This document shows positions 1 through 9,001 of a DNA stretch of 64,000 bases, one piece after another. Location: assembly GCA_030592015.1 (NCBI GenBank), contig JAUUZY010000004.1, positions 6,905-70,904 on the forward strand, given 5' to 3'. The notes beneath the pieces are model-generated. The model saw only the letters and a program-made list of their open reading frames with translations. It had not been told where the DNA came from and did not search any database. Numbering within the stretch: the stretch's first letter is position 1; each line of letters opens with the position of its first letter. The stretch is from Candidatus Peregrinibacteria bacterium (GTDB lineage Bacteria; Patescibacteriota; Gracilibacteria; UBA1369; LOWO2-01-FULL-3). The translations under genes and the position numbers were made by a program.

Positions 1-1
1 A

Positions 2-532
2 ATTTCCATCGATACATACAAAGCAAAACTCGCAGATAAAGCATTAAAAGAAGGAGCAAACATAATTAACGACGTGACAGGACTAAGAGGGGACAGGGAC
101 ATGGCGGAAATTATCGCAAAACACAAATGTCCGGTAATAATAATGTACTCAAAAGACAAAACAGCTCGAACAACAGTAAAAAAGAAAAAATATACAGACG
201 TAATCGCTACGATAGAAAAATTCTTCAAGCAACAAATTAAAAAACATGGAATCAAAAAATCTCAAATAATCATAGATCCTGGAATGGGACAATTCATAAG
301 TGCTATACCAAAATACAGTTACGAAATATTGGCCAGACTCGGAGAGTTGAAAAAGCTGAGATACCCTATACTCGTCGGGGTTTCACGAAAGTCATTCCTA
401 GGAGGAGGTGTAGAATCAAGAGAGAAAAAAGGGCTCGTGGCTAACGCTATTGCATATCTTAACGGAGCAAGTATAATTCGAACCCACGATATAGAGGGGA
501 CAAAAAAATTCCTAGATAACCTAAACAAATAA
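2..532 (+). CDS. folP: dihydropteroate synthase, C-terminal part (5' end lies outside the window)
   Basis: Frame 2 is open from the window edge. The translation ISIDTYKAKLADKALKEGANIINDVTGL...GVSRKSFLG...IIRTHDI matches pterin-binding DHPS motifs. The GVG at 74 in the ORF track is internal. The gene heads a folate operon. Confidence 0.85.
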   Translation: MSIDTYKAKLADKALKEGANIINDVTGLRGDRDMAEIIAKHKCPVIIMYSKDKTARTTVKKKKYTDVIATIEKFFKQQIKKHGIKKSQIIIDPGMGQFISAIPKYSYEILARLGELKKLRYPILVGVSRKSFLGGGVESREKKGLVANAIAYLNGASIIRTHDIEGTKKFLDNLNK

Positions 533-882
533 TGCCAAATCTAAGCTTAAGTACTGCATTTCATTTCGCAGCATCACACTTCCTAACAAAATATCATGGA
601 AAATGTGAAAATCTGCACGGGCACAATTACAAAATTGTAGTCAGTATACATGGGCCAATAAAAGAGGATGGAATGGTAATAGACTTCAAAATCATAAAAG
701 ACATAGTAAACGAAAGAGTGATTGATAAACTCGACCACACACATCTAAACGACACAATAGACAATCCTTCCGCAGAAAATCTGGCAATATGGATCTGGGA
801 CAAAATAAAAGACGACCTACCACTAGCAAAAATTGCGGTTTACGAAACAGAAAATTATTATGCAGAATACAGTGGAGAATAA
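532..882 (+). CDS. 6-carboxytetrahydropterin / 6-pyruvoyltetrahydropterin synthase family protein (COG0720) in the folB position
   Basis: 116 aa with CENLHGHNYKIVV (Cx3HGH zinc motif) and a DHTHLND motif, typical of the QueD/PTPS fold. The TAATG junction overlaps the folP stop. It sits between folP and folK, where folB normally lies. Confidence 0.75.
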   Translation: MPNLSLSTAFHFAASHFLTKYHGKCENLHGHNYKIVVSIHGPIKEDGMVIDFKIIKDIVNERVIDKLDHTHLNDTIDNPSAENLAIWIWDKIKDDLPLAKIAVYETENYYAEYSGE

Positions 883-1339
883 TACAATTTACTTGGGACT
901 GGGCTCAAACATGGGAAACAGAGAAAAGTTCTTGAAAAACGCAATACAAGAGTTAAGTAACATAATCAAAATAGAGAAAAAGTCATCAATATACGAAAGC
1001 AAAGCAGTAGAATACGAAGATCAAGACGATTTTCTCAACATGGCAATAAAAGGAAGGACAAAATTGTCAGCAAAAGGGCTAATAGAAAAGATTAAGGAGA
1101 TAGAGAAAAAGCTTGGACGAGAGAAAACAATAGACAAGGGGCCACGAAAAATAGACATAGACATACTATTCTACAATGAAGAAATAATTGAGGAAGAAGG
1201 GCTAAAGATTCCACATCCCGCAATACAAGAAAGAAGTTTCGTGCTAGAACCATTAGCCGAAATAGAAGGTGAATTCATACATCCAAAACTAAAAGAAACA
1301 ATAAACACATTACTAATACAATGGACAAAGAAAAAATAG
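860..1339 (+). CDS. folK: 2-amino-4-hydroxy-6-hydroxymethyldihydropteridine pyrophosphokinase (HPPK)
   Basis: IYLGLGSNMGNREKFL...GPRKIDIDILFY...PHPAIQERSFVLEPL are HPPK signatures. I prefer the ATG at 860 (MQNTVENN) over the ORF-track start at 833, which lies deep inside the previous gene. Confidence 0.85.
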   Translation: MQNTVENNTIYLGLGSNMGNREKFLKNAIQELSNIIKIEKKSSIYESKAVEYEDQDDFLNMAIKGRTKLSAKGLIEKIKEIEKKLGREKTIDKGPRKIDIDILFYNEEIIEEEGLKIPHPAIQERSFVLEPLAEIEGEFIHPKLKETINTLLIQWTKKK

Positions 1340-1872
1340 AAAAATTGATAGGGGAACTCCTAACAGAGATAGGGGAGGACACCGAAAGAGAAGGGCTGAA
1401 AGAAACTCCCAGAAGGATAGCAAAATCATACGAGAAATTATTTGGAGGATATTCAAAAAACCCAGAAGATTTCGTCACACAATTTGACGGAGAAGATTAT
1501 GATGAAATGATCATATGTAAAAACATAGATTTCTATTCAAATTGCGAACATCACATGCTTCCATTCTTCGGGAAAGTACACATTGGATATATTCCGGACA
1601 AAAAAATCATAGGACTTTCAAAACTACCAAGAATAGTAGAAATGTTTGCAAGAAGACTACAAAATCAAGAAAGACTCACAACACAAATTGCAAATACAAT
1701 AAGTAAAATACTGAAACCAAAAGGGGTAGGAGTAGTAATCGAGGCACAGCACCTGTGCACAATGGCAAGGGGAGTAGAAAAACAAAATTCCAGCATGATA
1801 ACTTCCTCCTGCAACGGATTATTCAAAAACAACTCAAAAACAAGAAGTGAATTTTTAAATCTAGTTGGATGA
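1321..1872 (+). CDS. folE: GTP cyclohydrolase I
   Basis: The CEHHMLPFFGKVHIGYIP and QERLTTQIA motifs are classic FolE type 1. The gene overlaps the folK end. Confidence 0.9.
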   Translation: MDKEKIEKLIGELLTEIGEDTEREGLKETPRRIAKSYEKLFGGYSKNPEDFVTQFDGEDYDEMIICKNIDFYSNCEHHMLPFFGKVHIGYIPDKKIIGLSKLPRIVEMFARRLQNQERLTTQIANTISKILKPKGVGVVIEAQHLCTMARGVEKQNSSMITSSCNGLFKNNSKTRSEFLNLVG

Positions 1873-2429
1873 TTCTCCTAATCGACAATTACGACTCATT
1901 TACATACAACCTCTATCAGCAACTCGAGACATTAGGAGCAAAAGTCATCGTAAAAAAACATGACAAAATCACTCTAAAAGAAATAGAAAAGCTTGTTCCC
2001 TCAAAAATCATTATTTCACCAGGACCTAAGGCTCCAAAAGACAGCGGAATCTCGATTTCTGTGATAAAAAAATTCTACAAAAAGTTGCCAATACTAGGAG
2101 TATGTCTTGGGCACGAATGTATCGGAGAAATTTTCGGAGCAAAGATAGTTCAAGCAAAAAAAATACTTCATGGAAAAACTTCAGAGATCTTTCATGAGAA
2201 AAAAGGAATATTCAAGCGAGTAAAGTCACCATTCAAGGCAGCAAGATACCATTCTCTAGCAATAGATAGAGTTCCAAAAGGTTTTAAACTAACTGCATGG
2301 AGCAAAGATAAGGAAATAATGGGAATCCAGCATGAAAAATATCCACTTCATGGAATTCAATTTCATACGGAATCATTTATGACAGAGTATGGAAACAAAA
2401 TAATCAGAAATTTTCTCAATGAACTATAA
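1869..2429 (+). CDS. pabA: aminodeoxychorismate/anthranilate synthase component II (glutamine amidotransferase)
   Basis: MILLIDNYDSFTYNLYQ...LGVCLGHE...GIQFHTES gives the class I GATase triad (Cys, His, Glu). ATGA overlap with folE. Confidence 0.8.
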   Translation: MILLIDNYDSFTYNLYQQLETLGAKVIVKKHDKITLKEIEKLVPSKIIISPGPKAPKDSGISISVIKKFYKKLPILGVCLGHECIGEIFGAKIVQAKKILHGKTSEIFHEKKGIFKRVKSPFKAARYHSLAIDRVPKGFKLTAWSKDKEIMGIQHEKYPLHGIQFHTESFMTEYGNKIIRNFLNEL

Positions 2430-3672
2430 AACCATAAAAAACATAGATCCACTAAAATTTTTCGCAAAACTATCCAAAGAAGAAAAAAACGTCTGTTTTC
2501 TACATAGCTTTAGCAAAAATGGATGGAAAACAACAATCGCATGGAACCCAAAAGAAAAATTCAAATACAAAATGGGGGACAAAGAGAACTCAATCGAAAC
2601 ATTCAAAAAATTCAGTAAAAAAAACGCAAAGAAAGGAAGAAAATTAATCGGATATTTCTCATACGACATAGGATATGAATTGCATCAAATAAAAAAAACA
2701 GCAAAAGATGATTTAAGGCTACCGGACATCCTATTCTACGCATTCGACAACTGGATCACATTCGAAAAAAACCAGGCAAGAGTTCAAGAAAAATTCTATA
2801 AAGAGCTAGAAGAAATAAATAAAAGAAAAATCTCACCCACCAATAAAACTCCAAAAAGCAAAAACTTCAAAGCAACAATTAGCAAAGAAAAATACAACAA
2901 AGCCTACAAAAAAATAAAAAATTACATCAAGAAAGGGGACATATATCAAATAAACTACACACATAGACTAGAAGCCAGTAGCGAAATCTCAGCAAGAAAA
3001 TTATTCCTAAAAGTAATAAAAGAAAATAAAGTAGATCATCTCGCATACATGGAAGGAGAAGGATTCGAAATACTAAGCGCATCCCCTGAAAGATTTGTGA
3101 AAATAAAAGACAGGAAAATAGAAACCTGCCCAATAAAAGGGACTCGTCCACGAGGAAAAGCAAAAAAAGAAGATGAAAAATTGAGGCAAGAACTACTCGA
3201 CAGCGAAAAAGAAGCAGCAGAATTGAATATGATCACAGACCTACTCAGAAATGATCTAGGGAAAATATCTAAAATCGGAACAGTGAAGGTAAAAGCAAAC
3301 AGACTAGTACAAAAGTGCCCAACAGTCTGGCACACATACAGCAAAATCACAGGAGTAATAGACAAGAAGACATCAAACCTAGACGCGTTGATATCAATGT
3401 TGTCAGGAGGATCAATCACCGGATGCCCAAAAAAAAGAGCAATGGAAATAATCGACGAACTAGAAAATAAGACAAGAAATATCTACACAGGAGTAATTGG
3501 ATTCATAAATCCAAATCAAGACCTGGACTTTAATATCGCAATTCGTACAATAATAAAGAAAGAACAAAAATTACACCTACAAGTAGGAGGAGGAATCGTT
3601 CTTGACTCGACAAACAAAGCTGAATTTAAAGAGACATTTGATAAAGCCAAATCGTTCATGAAAATCCTATGA
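2419..3672 (+). CDS. pabB: aminodeoxychorismate synthase component I
   Basis: The chorismate-binding domain is recognisable: SPERFVKI, GTRPRG, ELNMITDLLRNDLG, SITGCPKKRAMEIIDELE, GGGIVLDS. Its position between pabA and pabC in a folate operon favours PabB over TrpE. Confidence 0.8.
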   Translation: MNYKTIKNIDPLKFFAKLSKEEKNVCFLHSFSKNGWKTTIAWNPKEKFKYKMGDKENSIETFKKFSKKNAKKGRKLIGYFSYDIGYELHQIKKTAKDDLRLPDILFYAFDNWITFEKNQARVQEKFYKELEEINKRKISPTNKTPKSKNFKATISKEKYNKAYKKIKNYIKKGDIYQINYTHRLEASSEISARKLFLKVIKENKVDHLAYMEGEGFEILSASPERFVKIKDRKIETCPIKGTRPRGKAKKEDEKLRQELLDSEKEAAELNMITDLLRNDLGKISKIGTVKVKANRLVQKCPTVWHTYSKITGVIDKKTSNLDALISMLSGGSITGCPKKRAMEIIDELENKTRNIYTGVIGFINPNQDLDFNIAIRTIIKKEQKLHLQVGGGIVLDSTNKAEFKETFDKAKSFMKIL

Positions 3673-4439
3673 TTATTTTATTCAACAATAAGTTCATCAC
3701 AAAAGCCAACGCGAAAATTTCGTTATTTTCCGAAGCTGTCATGTATGGCTATGGAGTTTTTGAAACAGTCAGAACCCACGACAAAAAAATATTCAAAGGC
3801 AAAGAACATACAAACAGACTTTTTCAGTCAGCAAAACTTCTAAAACTAAAAATAAAACACAAAAAGCCGGAAATTCTAAAAATGATGGAAAAAGTGGCAA
3901 GGAAATCTCCACACAAGAATCAAAAAATAAAAGTAATAGCTATAGAAGAGGGGATTTACATAATTTCAACAAAAGCCCCAATCTACAAAAAACTCAAAGA
4001 AAAAGGGGTCAGCTGCAAAACTATAGTAGCGCACAGAGAGCTACCCAAAGCGAAATCCTTATCCTATCTAAGCTCATACATGAGCCACAAAGAAGCGACA
4101 AAGTCCGGATACTATGAAGCTATACTCATAGACGAAAAGGGAGAAGTATACGAAGGAGCATATTCAAACATATTTTGGTTCAAAGGAAATACACTTTGTA
4201 CACGAAAGGAAGAAGTCCTCGAGGGCATAATACGACAAACAATAATCAACAATTCTCCATTCAAAATCAAATTCAAAAATATCAAAATAAAAGAACTTTT
4301 AAAGAAAAAGGAGATTTTCATGACCCAAAGCGTGAGCGAAATATTGCCAATTACAAGAATAGACAAAACAAAAATAGGAAACGGCAAAGTAGGGGAGAAG
4401 ACAAAGGAAATAATTGATATCTTCAAACAAGTTAAGTAA
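3669..4439 (+). CDS. pabC: aminodeoxychorismate lyase / class IV aminotransferase family
   Basis: A 256-aa fold-type IV PLP protein (GYGVFETVRT...H..RL; lysine region KSLSYL; EGIIRQ). ATGA overlap with pabB. Function is assigned from operon context. Confidence 0.65.
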   Translation: MIILFNNKFITKANAKISLFSEAVMYGYGVFETVRTHDKKIFKGKEHTNRLFQSAKLLKLKIKHKKPEILKMMEKVARKSPHKNQKIKVIAIEEGIYIISTKAPIYKKLKEKGVSCKTIVAHRELPKAKSLSYLSSYMSHKEATKSGYYEAILIDEKGEVYEGAYSNIFWFKGNTLCTRKEEVLEGIIRQTIINNSPFKIKFKNIKIKELLKKKEIFMTQSVSEILPITRIDKTKIGNGKVGEKTKEIIDIFKQVK

Positions 4440-4464
4440 AATACAAAAAAATAACAAAAAGCAC

Positions 4465-5847
4465 ATGACAGATTCAAAAAAAGGTTCATCAATTTTTAAA
4501 AGGCTAGCAATTGTGTTACTGGCATCTTTCATATTAACCTTGGTAACTTCAGCTGGCACAACATTGGCAGCTGCTGACACCTGCTATTGGGTAGGATTGG
4601 CCGATGCAAACTGGGACGTTGCAGGAAACTGGGACACTACTAGTTCAGGAGGGGGAGGGGGTGACTGCGATGGAGGGACATATCCAGGATCAGACGATTC
4701 CGCAATTTTTGACTCCGGTAACATTGCAAATGCAACCCTAAACGTGAACACTGTAGGGACAATGACTATGTCATCAGGATTTACGGCATCAGTTACAGCA
4801 AGTTATGCAGGAACAACAACATTTAGTGGAGTTTTTACACAGGCAGATGGAACATTCAATGCAGGAAGCAATACTGTAAGCTATAACAGCACCATAAACC
4901 TTACAGGAGGAACATATGATGTCGAAACAGCAACACTTATATCAAATTACACAGGTGCCAATGCAGTTTATATGAACGGAGGCACACTAGACGCTTCAAC
5001 AGCAGACGTAGATCTGAATGGAACAGCCTCTGCTGCCAGCTATCTTTTTAATATAGACAATGGGACCTTCACAGCTCCAGGAAGTGCTAATAGTTTTACT
5101 ACTGCCGACAGTATAGACATAACTCCACCAGGCATATTTGATGCAAACAATGGAACCATTATATTTGATGGCACAGATCTAACAACCTTAGTTGGTGCAG
5201 AGACAACCTTCCATAATATAACATTTAGTATGCCAAGTGGAATTGCACGAACATACTGGCCTATAACTCTTGATGGAGATTTCAAAATAACAAGTAGTGT
5301 CTATGAAGGAAACACATTTGCAATAAATTTAGGAGGAGACTTCATAACAAGTGGAACAGGCTCATTCACACCAAATACAAGTACAATAAACATGAACGGG
5401 ACAGATCAAGCAATTTACGGAACTAATAGCTTCTATAACCTAACAAAGCAAACTGCAGGAACATGGGAATTTGAGGCTGGAGAAACACAAACAGTAACAG
5501 GAACATGGACTGCAGAAGGGACAGGAATAGAAGCTGGAGCACTATTTCTTCGCTCAACAGTGTCAGATAGTACGTGGACCATAAACCCACAAAGCACAAG
5601 AACCCTAGATTATATAGACGTTAAAGACAGCATCAACAGCAATGCAGCAGAAATCACATTATCAGGAAAATATGCCAATGATTCAGGAACTAATACAAAC
5701 TGGAACTTTGCAAGCTCCATTCCTTTTCAAGCAGGAGCTGCACTAATTCCAGAATTCTCTACATACATGCTAATGATCACATTCCTAATCGGAATGGGAA
5801 TGATTCAGAAAAAATTCAAACCTGAAATTAAACAAACAAGGTACTAA
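4465..5847 (+). CDS. secreted repeat (beta-helix-like) surface protein with a PEF-type C-terminal sorting signal
   Basis: ATG at 4465 gives a signal peptide (MTDSKKGSSIFKRLAIVLLASFILTLVTSAGTTLAAA). The mature protein begins DTCYWVG..ANWDVAGNWD, resembling the start of autotransporter-associated beta-strand repeat proteins. The body is Gly/Thr/Asn-rich. The C-terminus IPEFSTYMLMITFLIGMGMIQKKFK has motif, TM helix and basic patch. Confidence 0.65.
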   Translation: MTDSKKGSSIFKRLAIVLLASFILTLVTSAGTTLAAADTCYWVGLADANWDVAGNWDTTSSGGGGGDCDGGTYPGSDDSAIFDSGNIANATLNVNTVGTMTMSSGFTASVTASYAGTTTFSGVFTQADGTFNAGSNTVSYNSTINLTGGTYDVETATLISNYTGANAVYMNGGTLDASTADVDLNGTASAASYLFNIDNGTFTAPGSANSFTTADSIDITPPGIFDANNGTIIFDGTDLTTLVGAETTFHNITFSMPSGIARTYWPITLDGDFKITSSVYEGNTFAINLGGDFITSGTGSFTPNTSTINMNGTDQAIYGTNSFYNLTKQTAGTWEFEAGETQTVTGTWTAEGTGIEAGALFLRSTVSDSTWTINPQSTRTLDYIDVKDSINSNAAEITLSGKYANDSGTNTNWNFASSIPFQAGAALIPEFSTYMLMITFLIGMGMIQKKFKPEIKQTRY

Positions 5848-6464
5848 GCCTTTTTCCGGCCATTTAATCTGAAAAGAACAACTAGCACCAACACAAACAA
5901 TACAAAAGCAACAGCAACAAATACTGCATCAGTATAATATTTTGCCAAAAGCTCCTCATTGGCACCAAAGTGATATCCCAAAAGAGCCAAAACAGTCACC
6001 CAGCTTCCAGATCCCAAAAGGGTAAAAAGTAAAAAGTAAAAATAATTCAATCTCACAAAACCTGCAGGGATAGAAATCAATTGTCTAACAGCAGGAACAA
6101 ACCGTCCTAAAAAAGTAGAAGAATAACCATACTTAGTAAAATAATCCTCAGACTTTTCAATTTTCTTCTTGTTTATCAAAAATATCTTTGCAATCTTAGT
6201 ATCAGCAAGGTTATAAACAATGGTCCTACCCAAAGACATAGCCAAAACATAGTTGATAGTCGCACCAATAAGGCTCCCCAAGGCACCAAAGAACACCACT
6301 AAATAGATATTCATTTCACCCTTAGAAGCAAGATAAGCAGCCGGAGGAATCACAATCTCAGAGGGAAAAGGAACAAATGAACTTTCAATAGTCATAAGAA
6401 TCAAAACCCCAGTATAGCCGAGATCGCTAGTGATATTTAAAAAAAACTGAATCAATTCGTGCAT
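5844..6464 (-). CDS. DedA family membrane protein
   Basis: 206 aa with ESSFVPFPSEIVIPPAAYLA and RFVPAVRQLISIPAG motifs and a multi-TM profile typical of the DedA/SNARE-associated family. Confidence 0.8.
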   Translation of the reverse strand: MHELIQFFLNITSDLGYTGVLILMTIESSFVPFPSEIVIPPAAYLASKGEMNIYLVVFFGALGSLIGATINYVLAMSLGRTIVYNLADTKIAKIFLINKKKIEKSEDYFTKYGYSSTFLGRFVPAVRQLISIPAGFVRLNYFYFLLFTLLGSGSWVTVLALLGYHFGANEELLAKYYTDAVFVAVAFVLFVLVLVVLFRLNGRKKA

Positions 6465-6526
6465 AAAAGTTCTAAAATTAGTAAGATAAAGATATATAAA
6501 ATTAAAAAACTAATCAACAAACATAA

Positions 6527-7468
6527 ATGTTTAAAAAAATAAAAAGCAAGGGCCTCAAGCAATTCATAATCAGACTAGTAGTGTTCCTCGGAGTATATTT
6601 AACAATATCCAGAGGATACGGCTGGTTCAAAGAACTACTAAATCAAAAAGAAATAACAGTAAATGACGGATATTTATCATTTATAATTTATTTCCTAATA
6701 ATAATATTTATATACGCACGAAGAGACAAAATAAAAGAAATTAGCGCATACAAAAACAACATAATTCAAACAGTATTGTTTTCAATAGGCGCAGTTATCA
6801 TGTTCGTGCTTCCATACACAACAATTGCACAAGCAGTACAACTAAACGAAACCGTACTTTACTTCTTGTTCTATGGTATCGGACAATTCTTCATTTTTCT
6901 CGCAGTATTCAATCTCGATTTTTTCACAAAAAAATTCAACGAAGAAATACTTATAATACTGCTCATACTAATAATGTCCGCAGCCACCCCCATATTGATA
7001 GAGATTTATTGGGCATACTTTTTTATACCAATTAAATTTGGCGTAGAAACAGCATTGTCAATTCTCCCTGCAGACGTAGCTATAGATACGACAGGACAAG
7101 GCTTTAAGGTACAACTGGGAAGCTTTTCCGGGTCCGTAGGACCTACATGCTCAGGATTATTTTCAATGAGCACATTCACATTCCTATTCGTTACTAGTCT
7201 TGTTCTTCTAAAAAGACAAAACAAAATAAGCAAACTAAAGACAGCAATTGCTTACTTCTCAGGAATATTCATTTTATACCTATTAAATATCTTCAGAATA
7301 ATAGTTATTATGGCTGTAGGAGCGTTCTATTCACAAAAACTCGCAATAGACCTTTTCCACGAATACCTCAGCTCAATATTCTTGATGGGAATATTTATAT
7401 TCTATCTATACAAAATCATCCCTAGGCTTACAGTTGGAAAAAAACACACAAGAAATAAGAAAACATAG
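6527..7468 (+). CDS. exosortase/archaeosortase family protein (putative)
   Basis: 313 aa, about 7-8 predicted TM helices. An ordered Cys...Arg...His triad sits in the expected contexts: VGPTCSGLFSM (C208), LLNIFRIIVIM (R257), DLFHEYLSS (H278). A gene with a PEF+TM+basic tail lies 680 nt upstream. Confidence 0.6.
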   Translation: MFKKIKSKGLKQFIIRLVVFLGVYLTISRGYGWFKELLNQKEITVNDGYLSFIIYFLIIIFIYARRDKIKEISAYKNNIIQTVLFSIGAVIMFVLPYTTIAQAVQLNETVLYFLFYGIGQFFIFLAVFNLDFFTKKFNEEILIILLILIMSAATPILIEIYWAYFFIPIKFGVETALSILPADVAIDTTGQGFKVQLGSFSGSVGPTCSGLFSMSTFTFLFVTSLVLLKRQNKISKLKTAIAYFSGIFILYLLNIFRIIVIMAVGAFYSQKLAIDLFHEYLSSIFLMGIFIFYLYKIIPRLTVGKKHTRNKKT

Positions 7469-7509
7469 AAATTCGCAGTTGAGCTAAAAGATGCCACTAC
7501 AAATTTCTA

Positions 7510-7596
7510 TGGTGCCCAGGGAGGGAATCGAACCCTCACTCTATTGCTAGAACGGGATTTTGAATCCCGCGCGTCTACCAATTCCGCCACCTGGGC
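7510..7596 (-). tRNA. tRNA-Leu (anticodon CAA), CCA encoded
   Basis: The reverse complement folds as a class II tRNA: acceptor GCCCAGG/CCTGGGC, anticodon stem CGGGA/TCCCG with loop TTCAAAA, a long variable arm, and T-arm GAGGGTTCGATTCCCTC. Confidence 0.9.
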
Positions 7597-7631
7597 AAAG
7601 TTCTAAATAAAACTACCAAAGATTAGAAGCA

Positions 7632-7660
7632 TTGAAAAGATATTATACAAGATATATGAT
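7632..7660 (+). promoter_or_regulatory. candidate sigma70-type promoter upstream of obg
   Basis: TTGAAA, a 17-nt spacer, then TATGAT, 28 nt upstream of the obg ATG. Such matches arise by chance in AT-rich DNA. Confidence 0.3.
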
Positions 7661-7687
7661 ATAAACTAATAAAGTTAATAAAATCAA

Positions 7688-9001
7688 ATGTTCTGCGACG
7701 AAACTAAAATAAAGGTAATTGCCGGAAATGGCGGAGATGGATGCGTAAGTTTTCGTAGAGAAAAATTCGTACCAAGAGGGGGACCAAACGGAGGAGACGG
7801 AGGAAGTGGGGGAGACATGATAGTAAAAGTGAATCCAAACCTAAACACACTCAGTCATTTGAACGCACAAAAAGTATACAGGGCTCAAAAAGGAGTAAAC
7901 GGAAAAGGCAAGAATATGCATGGTGCCAATTCAGACGCACGTATACTTGAAGTTCCAAAGGGAACGATAATTTTCAACGAAGACAAGTCAATGGTGCTCG
8001 CAGACATGGATAAAGAAGAAAAAGAAATAGTAATAGTAAAAGGAGGAAAGGGGGGACTGGGAAATGCAAGATTCGTAAGTTCAACACATCAAGCACCAAG
8101 ATTCGCAGAGAATGGAGAGCCGGGAGAAGAAAAAGTGATCATTTTTGAACTAAAAATGGTAGCAGACTTAGGAATAATTGGACTACCATCTGCAGGAAAA
8201 TCGACACTGATCTCAGTAATAAGTAACGCAAAGCCAAAAATAGCCGCATACCACTTCACAACCCTAATACCAAACCTAGGTGTAGTAAATATGGGAAAAC
8301 ACGGCGGATCAGCAAATGATTCATTCGTAGTAGCGGACATTCCGGGACTAATAAAAGGAGCAAGTGCAGGAAAAGGCCTAGGGCATCAATTTCTCAAACA
8401 CATAAGCAGAACAAAACTTCTAGTCCACCTTTTAGACGGCTCACTGGAAGACCCAGCAGCAGATTACAAAACAATAAACAAAGAGCTAAAGGAATTTGAT
8501 AAAGATTTAGCAAAAAGAGAACAAATAGTAGTAATCAACAAAATCGACCTCTTAAGTGAAAAACAGATAAAGGAAATTGTTACAAAAGTGAAAAAGATAA
8601 GTAAGAAGACAACAATATTTACAATTTCAGCTGTAACACATGAAGGACTACAACCATTGTTGTTCGAAATTTCAAAAACTCTAACAAAAATCAAAAAATC
8701 TGAACGAAAAGAAAAGAAAAAAATCAAACAACCAGGAATTCCAGTACTAAAGCCACACTTAGAAAAAACATCATTCATAATAGAAAAAGTTATTCGCAAA
8801 AAAACACGTACAATATTCCGTGTAGAAGGAAAAAGGATAGAACAATTGGTAGTAATGACGAGTATTGGGAACCTGGAAGGATTGGAAAGGATATATCATT
8901 TTATGGAAAAAATGGGTATAAAAAAGTCAGTTGAAGCACACGGAGCAAAAACTGGAGACGTAATAAGAATAAAAGACAAAGATATCCCTTACAGAAAGTA
9001 A
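7688..9001 (+). CDS. obg: GTPase Obg/CgtA
   Basis: MFCDETKIKVIAGNGGDGCVSFRREKF is the Gly-rich Obg fold. G-motifs GLPSAGKST, DIPGLI and NKID are present, plus a C-terminal OCT-like domain. Confidence 0.95.
   Translation: MFCDETKIKVIAGNGGDGCVSFRREKFVPRGGPNGGDGGSGGDMIVKVNPNLNTLSHLNAQKVYRAQKGVNGKGKNMHGANSDARILEVPKGTIIFNEDKSMVLADMDKEEKEIVIVKGGKGGLGNARFVSSTHQAPRFAENGEPGEEKVIIFELKMVADLGIIGLPSAGKSTLISVISNAKPKIAAYHFTTLIPNLGVVNMGKHGGSANDSFVVADIPGLIKGASAGKGLGHQFLKHISRTKLLVHLLDGSLEDPAADYKTINKELKEFDKDLAKREQIVVINKIDLLSEKQIKEIVTKVKKISKKTTIFTISAVTHEGLQPLLFEISKTLTKIKKSERKEKKKIKQPGIPVLKPHLEKTSFIIEKVIRKKTRTIFRVEGKRIEQLVVMTSIGNLEGLERIYHFMEKMGIKKSVEAHGAKTGDVIRIKDKDIPYRK

Noticed and set aside
74-76. The GTG at 74 considered as the start of the first ORF.
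   Set aside because: The same frame is open to the window edge. The upstream residues (ISIDTYK...) are part of the conserved DHPS core, so the gene is truncated by the window rather than starting here.
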